From: a virus | Length of the DNA stretch: 45,633 nucleotides | Strand: one strand, 5' to 3' | Virus record (IMG/VR): IMGVR_UViG_3300043119_000202 | Coordinates: 1-45,633 of that record | Part shown: positions 39,212-45,633 of the stretch, piece by piece | Numbering within the stretch: the first letter of the stretch is position 1 | Layout of the letters: each line of letters starts with the position of its first letter | Program-made: the position numbers and the translations under genes | The notes under the pieces: generated by a model | What the model was told of the DNA's origin: nothing | The model's database searches: none | What the model saw: only the letters and a program-made list of their open reading frames with translations

Positions 39212-39601
39212 ATGGCGAGGCCAGTAGGACGTCCAAGCAAATACACCGATGAGCTGCAAGCGCGCGCAGAAGAGTACGTTTCCACTTACGCGGAGCTTGG
39301 CGATGTTGTACCTACCGTAGTTGGCCTTGCTTTGTTCCTTGGGGTATCGACAAGTACGGTCTACAACTGGGCAAGCGAAGAAGTTAGCCAGGAATTTTTG
39401 GACATCTTTATGCGTGTAGAGCAATTACAGCATCAAAGATTGGTCAATAACGGCCTTGCTGGCACGTTCAATCCAGCCATTACAAAGATGATGCTGACCA
39501 AGCACGGATACTCTGACAAGATCGAGCAGGCGCACACCTCCCCCGATGGAAGTATGTCACCAACTCGCATCGAGTTAGTTGCTCCCGACATGGATGCTTA
39601 A
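39212..39601 (+). CDS. terS: Terminase small subunit
   Basis: MARPVGRPSKYTDE...TVYNW (HTH-type TerS N-terminus). Immediately precedes TerL. ATG 39212 preferred to the TTG at 39206. Confidence 0.7.
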   Translation: MARPVGRPSKYTDELQARAEEYVSTYAELGDVVPTVVGLALFLGVSTSTVYNWASEEVSQEFLDIFMRVEQLQHQRLVNNGLAGTFNPAITKMMLTKHGYSDKIEQAHTSPDGSMSPTRIELVAPDMDA

Positions 39602-40842
39602 TGTCCACTCTGCGCATTGAAATCCCGCCAAAGCTAATCCCTGTATTCGCAAAGCCAGTTATGCGGTACAGGGTGGCCTACGGCGGGCGCGGTTCGGGCA
39701 AGACTTACACCTTTGCCAAGATGCTTGCGCTTCGTGGCGCCATGTTTGCGAACGCCGGTATATCCGGCGTTTTGCTCTGTGGCCGCGAATATATGAACTC
39801 CCTGAATGAGTCATCGATGGAGGAAGTAAAGGCCGCGATTAGGTCAGAGCCTTGGCTAACTTCTGTGTATGAAGTTGGCGAGAAATACATTCGGACAAAG
39901 TGCGGTAGTGTTTCGTTTGTTTTTGCTGGCTTGCGGCACAACTTGGACAGCATCAAGTCCAAGGCTCAAATCCTTATCGCCTGGATTGACGAAGCCGAAA
40001 CTGTTAGCGATATAGCCTGGAAAAAGCTACTTCCAACTGTGCGCGCTGAAAACTCTGAGGTATGGGTGACGTACAACCCAGAGGTTGAGGGTAGCCCTGT
40101 CGATATTCGATTCAGGAAGGCGGACTTAGGCGGCGACGGCGTAGTTGTTAGCGTCAACTATGACGACAACCCTTGGTTCCCGTCAGTGCTGGAACTTGAG
40201 CGCCAGCGCGACCTGAAAAACTTGCCGTATGAAGAGTATGAATGGATTTGGGAAGGCGCTTATCGCCAGATCAGCGACGCGCAGATCTTCCGAGGCAAAT
40301 ACAAAGTCGAAGAGTTCCAGCCTAACCCGAAAACTTGGAACGGGCCATATTGCGGCTTGGACTTTGGGTTCGCCAACGATCCAACTGCCGCTGTTAAGTT
40401 GTGGGTAAATGACGACAAGCTGTATGTTGAATATGAAGCGTACAAAGTAGGTCTTGAGATTGACGAAACATCGGAGTACGTCAACGGGCTTATTCCTGAG
40501 TTCTCCCGCCACGTTGTCAGAGCAGATAACGCGCGCCCGGAAACTATCAGCTACTTGCGGCGCAAAGGTATGCCAAGAATCAAGGCGGTCGAGAAAGGCA
40601 AAGGCAGCGTTGAGGATGGCATCGAGTTCATAAAGTCATTCGATCAGGTTATCATCCACCCACGCTGCACAAACACGGCTAAAGAGTTCAGGCTATACAG
40701 TTACAAAGTGGATCGTCTTACCGAGGAAATCAGGCCCGACCCGGTTGATGATAACAACCACGCCATTGATGCTATAAGATATGCCCTTGAGCCAGCTATG
40801 AAGCGCAAAGGCATGAAAATCAACCCAGAGGCACTAAGATGA
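39601..40842 (+). CDS. terL: Terminase large subunit (PBSX / Terminase_3 type)
   Basis: Walker A YGGRGSGKTY and Walker B LIAWIDEAE. 413 aa. TAATG coupling with TerS. Confidence 0.9.
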   Translation: MSTLRIEIPPKLIPVFAKPVMRYRVAYGGRGSGKTYTFAKMLALRGAMFANAGISGVLLCGREYMNSLNESSMEEVKAAIRSEPWLTSVYEVGEKYIRTKCGSVSFVFAGLRHNLDSIKSKAQILIAWIDEAETVSDIAWKKLLPTVRAENSEVWVTYNPEVEGSPVDIRFRKADLGGDGVVVSVNYDDNPWFPSVLELERQRDLKNLPYEEYEWIWEGAYRQISDAQIFRGKYKVEEFQPNPKTWNGPYCGLDFGFANDPTAAVKLWVNDDKLYVEYEAYKVGLEIDETSEYVNGLIPEFSRHVVRADNARPETISYLRRKGMPRIKAVEKGKGSVEDGIEFIKSFDQVIIHPRCTNTAKEFRLYSYKVDRLTEEIRPDPVDDNNHAIDAIRYALEPAMKRKGMKINPEALR

Positions 40843-42326
40843 TTAACCCATTCCGGCGCAAGCCTGACCCTGCGATTGAGCTGGAGCGCGAGAAGCTGGA
40901 GCTTGAAAAGAAGCGCCTGCGCCTGGCCCAGCACCTGCTGGCTGAGCAGTCCGCACCAAAACAAGCACCGGAATATAAAGCCCCCTGGCTGCCCGCCGGC
41001 GTAGTGCCCGCTGGCAAGACTGCGCCGGTCGCGCAGGATAGCTGCTCCAGCATCTACCAATACGCCGGCGAGCAAGACGCGAACTTCTTCCCGGCGTTCG
41101 TTGGCTATCCCCAACTAGCCATGCTGAGCCAGTCGAGCGACTACCGCAGCGTGCCCGAGACTACCGCCACCGAAATGACCCGCAAGTGGGGCAAGTTCGT
41201 GCCGGTGGGTGACGACGACAACGATGCCGACGCCGAGATCCGCGCTGAGAAAATCGAAGCGCTCGAAACTGAGTTCAAGCGCCACGACATTCGCAGCATG
41301 ATTCAGCGCGTGATCGAAGTGGAGATGACCATGGGCCGCGCCCAGGTGTTTATCGACCTAGACCACGCCGACACGTCGCTGCCGTTCGTCACAAGCCCCA
41401 TTGGCGTCAAGAAAGGCGCGCTCAAGGGGTTCAGTGTCATTGAGCCGATCTGGTCTACCCCGAGCGCCTACAACGCCAACGACCCGACCCGCAAAGACTT
41501 CTTTGTCCCCGAGCGCTGGTACGTCATGGGCCAGGACGTGCATGCTGACCGCCTGATCACCGTCATCATGCGCCCCGTGCCTGACATGCTTAAACCCGCC
41601 TACAACTTCGGCGGTATGTCCATGCTGCAACTCATGATGCCCTACGTGCAGCGCTACCAGCGCACGGCTGACAGCATCAGCGACCTGGTGCATGCATTCA
41701 GCCTGACCATCTTGGCCACGGATATGAGCAGCATCCTCGCGGGCGAGAACGACCCGAACACCCTGCTGCGCGCCGGTCTGTTCAACAAGTACCGTGACAA
41801 TACCGGCCTGATGCTGCTGGACAAGGAAGCCGAGGAAATCAGCCAGATCAACACGCCGTTGACTGGCCTTCCCGAGTTGCTGCGTCAGGCACAAGAACAG
41901 ATGGCCGCGCCTTCGCACACGCCCCTGGTCAAGCTGCTGGGCGTCACCCCGAACGGGCTTGGCGCCAGCGCCGAGGGTGAAATCGAGGTCTACCGCGACT
42001 ACATCAGCGCGCAGAACGAAGCGCACATCCGCCCCGTCATCGAGCGCATCAGCGAGATCATGCAGCTCTCCCTGTTCGGCGAGGTTGACCAGTCGATTCG
42101 CTGGGAGTTTGAGCCGCTGAAGCAGATGGACGCTAAGGAACTGGCGGAAATAGGTGAGGTGAAAGCAAGAACGAGTGTCACCCTGGTGGACGGCGGAATC
42201 ATCTCGCAGGAAGAAGCGCGCCAGACCTTGGCGGACGATCCGGCTAGCGATTATTCGAACATCGTCGTGGAGGATGTGCCAGAGATGCCAAGCGGCGAGT
42301 TTGAGGATACGGAACTGATCGTATGA
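40839..42326 (+). CDS. Portal protein (DUF1073 type)
   Basis: 495 aa between TerL and the Mu-F-like gene. ATGA coupling. Confidence 0.8.
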   Translation: MINPFRRKPDPAIELEREKLELEKKRLRLAQHLLAEQSAPKQAPEYKAPWLPAGVVPAGKTAPVAQDSCSSIYQYAGEQDANFFPAFVGYPQLAMLSQSSDYRSVPETTATEMTRKWGKFVPVGDDDNDADAEIRAEKIEALETEFKRHDIRSMIQRVIEVEMTMGRAQVFIDLDHADTSLPFVTSPIGVKKGALKGFSVIEPIWSTPSAYNANDPTRKDFFVPERWYVMGQDVHADRLITVIMRPVPDMLKPAYNFGGMSMLQLMMPYVQRYQRTADSISDLVHAFSLTILATDMSSILAGENDPNTLLRAGLFNKYRDNTGLMLLDKEAEEISQINTPLTGLPELLRQAQEQMAAPSHTPLVKLLGVTPNGLGASAEGEIEVYRDYISAQNEAHIRPVIERISEIMQLSLFGEVDQSIRWEFEPLKQMDAKELAEIGEVKARTSVTLVDGGIISQEEARQTLADDPASDYSNIVVEDVPEMPSGEFEDTELIV

Positions 42327-43093
42327 TCACCCGCAAATCAGTAACCCTACGCCCCATCCGGCCCAACGCCGGATTGCAGGCAAAGTACCGCGCCGAGCTG
42401 AACGCCCTGCTGCGCCAGGTACGTGAAGACGTGCTGGCCGAGGTCGAGCGGTACAAGGACGTGCCCGCCCAGCCTGTGGCGCTGGATGCGCACCCGCTCG
42501 AGAACGCCATTCGCGCTTTGATGATCAAGTGGATCAGCAAACTGGGCGACCTTGGCGAGAACATTGCGCGCGGGTTTATCAAGGGCAGCCTCAATCACTA
42601 CGACGGCAATCTGAAGCGCCAACTTCGCCAACATGGTTTTACCGTCAAGCTGCAACTGACCGACAAAACCCGTGAGGCGCTACAGGCGTCCATGGGCATG
42701 AATGTGGGCCTGATCCGGTCTATCCCGTCGCAGTATCTGGCGCAAGTTGAGAAGTACGTTTATGAAGCAACTAGCGGCGGGTTTGATCTAGCCACGCTGA
42801 CTAACAACTTGCAGCACGCCTATGGCATTAGCCGGAATCGGGCGAAGTTGATTGCACTTGATCAATCCAACAAAGCGAATGCCGTAATTGAGAAGGCAAG
42901 GCGCGAAGAACTTGGAATAAAACGCGCGGTATGGGTACACTCATATGCAGCGAAAGAGCCGCGCCAGTCTCACGTCAAGGCAAATGGTAAAGTGTTTGAG
43001 ATTGCCAAAGGCTGCTATATTGACGGCGAGTACATCCAGGCCGGCGAGAAGATTAATTGCGGCTGTGTCAGTCGGTCGATTATTGAGTTTTGA
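42323..43093 (+). CDS. Head morphogenesis protein (SPP1 gp7 / Mu F-like)
   Basis: NRAKLIALDQSNKANA...VWVHSYAAKEPRQSHVKANGKVF...CGC fits the Mu F C-terminal pattern. Confidence 0.7.
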   Translation: MITRKSVTLRPIRPNAGLQAKYRAELNALLRQVREDVLAEVERYKDVPAQPVALDAHPLENAIRALMIKWISKLGDLGENIARGFIKGSLNHYDGNLKRQLRQHGFTVKLQLTDKTREALQASMGMNVGLIRSIPSQYLAQVEKYVYEATSGGFDLATLTNNLQHAYGISRNRAKLIALDQSNKANAVIEKARREELGIKRAVWVHSYAAKEPRQSHVKANGKVFEIAKGCYIDGEYIQAGEKINCGCVSRSIIEF

Positions 43094-43095
43094 AC

Positions 43096-44265
43096 ATGAA
43101 CGAAAAACTTGCATTGGATAGCCAGCGCTCCAAAGACGAGTCTGGGCATTTGAAGGTCGCGAGAACGATCCTAAGCAAAGCCGCCGTCAACCCCTATTTC
43201 GGGCGAGAGATTCCGGACTACCTCGAACTTGGCCTTGACCCGGATAAGGTCTACAAACTGCTGCGCGACCCGTCCGCACTGGAAAGCGGCGCGGATACGT
43301 TCAAGGGCAAGCAACTGCTGATCAAGCATGAGTATGTCGATAGCAAGAAGCCCGAGAAGGAACTTGTCATCGGCACTGTCGGCAGCAATATCGAATATGA
43401 AGACGGCAAGCTGTACGGCGACATTACTGTATGGGACGCCGAGGCAATCGAACTTATCGAATCCGAGAAGATGGCCGAACTATCGGCGTCCTATTGGTAC
43501 AAAGCAAACATGGTGCCGGGTGAGTTTCAGGGCGAGGCTTATGATGGTACTATGCTTGACATCCACGGCAACCATGTGGCATTGGTCGCGCGTGGACGTA
43601 TTGGCCGCGATGCCATCATTTCGGACAAACTACCTTTTGAACTGGAGTTCCATATGTTGAAAAAAGGCACCAAACAGCGAGTCGCGGCCAAGCTGCAAAC
43701 TCTCGCAAAGGGTGGCATTGCTAACGATAGCGATGTCGAAGAAGTAATCCGCGAAGTTGCGGAAAACATCGAGCACAAGCCGAGTTTCGACGAAACCAAG
43801 CTGCGCGAACTGGCCGGCGACAACTACGACGCCATTGTCGAGATGATTGGCGGCAAGGCTGCTGAAGACGAAGTGCCGGAAAAACCCGAGGGCGGCGCTG
43901 ATAAGCCTGCCGAAGACGAGAAGGACGAAGAGGCCGAAGAAGTGAAAGACGAGCCGAAGAAAGAAACCGCCATGGACGCCGACGCCATCGCCGCCAGCGT
44001 GCAGGCACGCATCGAGGGCAAGTATGCCGCACGAGACAAGGTTGAGCCGCTGGTTGGCCGTATCGCCCTGGATGGCTTCAAGGACGCTGCCGCGATCTAC
44101 GCCTACGCGCTCAAGCAGAAAGGCATTGCCTGCGACGGCGTGAACGAAGCCGGCCTGGCCCAGCTTGTCACCATGGCCGCTTCGCAATCCAAACGCCCGC
44201 AGGTCGCGCTCGACTCTGCGATGCACGAGCCTTCGGCTCTGACCAGCCGCTTCCGTAAAGCCTAA
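43096..44265 (+). CDS. Scaffold / prohead-processing protein (DUF2213-like)
   Basis: The sequence IHGNHVALVARGRIG is present, with an acidic Glu/Lys-rich central linker. ATG 43096 preferred to the TTG at 43090. Confidence 0.6.
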   Translation: MNEKLALDSQRSKDESGHLKVARTILSKAAVNPYFGREIPDYLELGLDPDKVYKLLRDPSALESGADTFKGKQLLIKHEYVDSKKPEKELVIGTVGSNIEYEDGKLYGDITVWDAEAIELIESEKMAELSASYWYKANMVPGEFQGEAYDGTMLDIHGNHVALVARGRIGRDAIISDKLPFELEFHMLKKGTKQRVAAKLQTLAKGGIANDSDVEEVIREVAENIEHKPSFDETKLRELAGDNYDAIVEMIGGKAAEDEVPEKPEGGADKPAEDEKDEEAEEVKDEPKKETAMDADAIAASVQARIEGKYAARDKVEPLVGRIALDGFKDAAAIYAYALKQKGIACDGVNEAGLAQLVTMAASQSKRPQVALDSAMHEPSALTSRFRKA

Positions 44266-44278
44266 GGGGATTACCATC

Positions 44279-44752
44279 ATGGCATTTCAACAGACTCTGA
44301 ACCGCGATCCGTCCCGCGCCGTGGCCGGTGACTTCGCATCCACCAACCCGCGTAACGTCATGCTGGCCGGCGAAGGTTCGCTGCGCACTGCTGAAGCGAT
44401 CACCGTTGGCCGCTTCGCGTTCGCTGACCTGACCATCGGGCTGGTTTACACCGCTAACGTCACTGGCCGTCGCGTGGGCTTCGTTCACCGCAACAACCAG
44501 GCCATTGTCCCCCTGGGTCAGGCTGCAAGCATGGTTATCCCGGCTGGCCGCGAGACCGTCCTGTTCACCGATGGCGACTTCTACACCGTGCTGGATGCAG
44601 ATTCCACCGTCGGCGCTGCCGTCACCGCTGTGGCTGCTACCGGCGTGCCGTCCCTGACTGCTGCTGGCGCTGGTCACATCGCCACCGGCTTCATTGCTGC
44701 CGAGGCTAAGCCTGCCGGCGAGCTGGTCAAAATCACCAAAGCGTCTATCTAA
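44279..44752 (+). CDS. Head decoration / cement-like protein (putative)
   Basis: 157 aa directly upstream of the capsid gene. MAFQQTLNRDPSRAVAGDFASTNP resembles cement-protein Gp24-type starts (from memory). Confidence 0.5.
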   Translation: MAFQQTLNRDPSRAVAGDFASTNPRNVMLAGEGSLRTAEAITVGRFAFADLTIGLVYTANVTGRRVGFVHRNNQAIVPLGQAASMVIPAGRETVLFTDGDFYTVLDADSTVGAAVTAVAATGVPSLTAAGAGHIATGFIAAEAKPAGELVKITKASI

Positions 44753-44763
44753 GGAGCGCGCAA

Positions 44764-45633
44764 ATGTCTGAGAAACTGAACTTTCACGCGCTCGCTCAAG
44801 ATGCGGGTATCGTGTATCAAACTGGTTTTCAGCCGCGAGAGCTGGATAACATGGCTCGCGCCACTGTTGCCAACGACGCTGACCTGATCACCGCACCGAA
44901 CGCCGGCATCCTGGCCTTATTCACCACTTACGTCGATCCGCGCGTCATCGAGATCGCTGTGGAGCCGATGAAGGCCGCGCAGATTTTCGGCGAGACCAAG
45001 AAAGGCACTTGGGTAGACGACAACCTGCAATTCCCGATTGCAGAATCGACTGGTGAAGTTTCCAGCTATGACGACTTCGGCACCAACGGCATGTCCGGCG
45101 CTAACGTCAACTGGGAAAACCGCCAGCCGTACCACTACCAAACCATCGTCGAAGTGGGCGAGCGTGAGGTAGAGCGTGCCGGTGCTGCGAAACTGGATTG
45201 GGTGGCCCGCAAGCAAATCGCCGCCGCTCTGGTGCTGAACAAGTTCCAGAACAAGTCTTATTTCTTCGGCGTGTCCGGTCTGGCCAACTATGGCATCCTG
45301 AACGATCCGTCGCTGTCGGCGTCGCTGCCTGGTGCCGGCTGGGGGCCGCTGACCGCTGATCAGGTGTTCGCTTCGATCCAAGGCGCGCTGTACGGTCGCC
45401 TGATCGGCCAAACCAAGGGCCTGATCGACCGCGACTTTGCCGGCGTGCTGCTGTTGTCTCCGCAGAACGAAGTGAATCTGCTGAAAACCAACCAGTACAA
45501 CGTGAACGTGGTTGATCAGCTCAAGAAGAACTTCCCGAACCTGCGCGTAGAAACCGCACCGGAAATGTCCACCGCTGCTGGTGAACTGGTCTACTTGATC
45601 GTGGAAGAGTACGAAGGCGTCCGCACCATCGAG
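44764..45633 (+). CDS. Major capsid protein, N-terminal part (open at the window end; continues at 128..262)
   Basis: RBS aaggag at 44751..44756, then ATG 44764. 290 codons with no stop up to the window end, in frame with 2..262. Confidence 0.8.
   Translation, partial: MSEKLNFHALAQDAGIVYQTGFQPRELDNMARATVANDADLITAPNAGILALFTTYVDPRVIEIAVEPMKAAQIFGETKKGTWVDDNLQFPIAESTGEVSSYDDFGTNGMSGANVNWENRQPYHYQTIVEVGEREVERAGAAKLDWVARKQIAAALVLNKFQNKSYFFGVSGLANYGILNDPSLSASLPGAGWGPLTADQVFASIQGALYGRLIGQTKGLIDRDFAGVLLLSPQNEVNLLKTNQYNVNVVDQLKKNFPNLRVETAPEMSTAAGELVYLIVEEYEGVRTIE
45507..45633. repeat. Terminal direct repeat, copy 2 (identical to 1..127)
   Basis: See copy 1. Confidence 0.95.

Noticed and set aside
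1-45633. CRISPR array, toxin-antitoxin pair, retron or other compact defence locus
   Set aside because: I saw no regularly spaced direct repeats, no reverse transcriptase and no recognisable toxin fold. The only repeat clusters are the control-region sites and the assembly overlap.

Overview
The window is a complete, circularly closed genome (45,506 bp unique; bases 1..127 repeat exactly at 45507..45633) of a tailed dsDNA phage with a contractile tail, on a GC-rich backbone. I found no integrase, CI-type repressor, DNA polymerase or CRISPR array. The genome has two arms. The plus-strand late arm runs from 37281 across the window junction to 17838. It carries small early-late ORFs, MazG, TerS/TerL, portal, Mu-F-like head protein, scaffold, cement protein and a major capsid gene split by the junction. 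It continues with head-tail genes, a tRNA-Asn/tRNA-Thr accessory island, sheath, tube, a chaperone with a -1 frameshift site, tape measure, baseplate, tail fibre, an accessory pair and a lysis cassette. The minus-strand early arm runs from 36719 down to 17911. It carries Prim-Pol/helicase, a Sak4-SSB-YqaJ recombination module, an AT-rich HNH island, an SF2 helicase and VRR-NUC. It also carries many small ORFs, an SNF2 helicase plus an SPPF methyltransferase, a Mom/XF1762-like GNAT protein and a compact C5-methyltransferase. The arms diverge at an AT-rich control region (36720..37280) and converge on a hairpin terminator (17888..17912). The observations most worth following up are listed here. 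(1) A self-contained cassette of promoter, 67-aa ORF, 55-aa HTH and terminator laid out like an acr-aca operon (17888..18350), plus a second similar cassette (26002..26433). (2) A highly structured ~130-nt leader just downstream of the near-consensus leftward early promoter. (3) Three separate DNA-modification genes. (4) An AT-rich HNH cassette with its own extended -10 promoter. (5) Low-GC mosaic patches in the host-range genes. (6) Several sub-60-aa ORFs missing from the ORF track, including an Rmf/CrpP-like peptide. All functional calls rest on motifs I recognised by eye; no database search was run.
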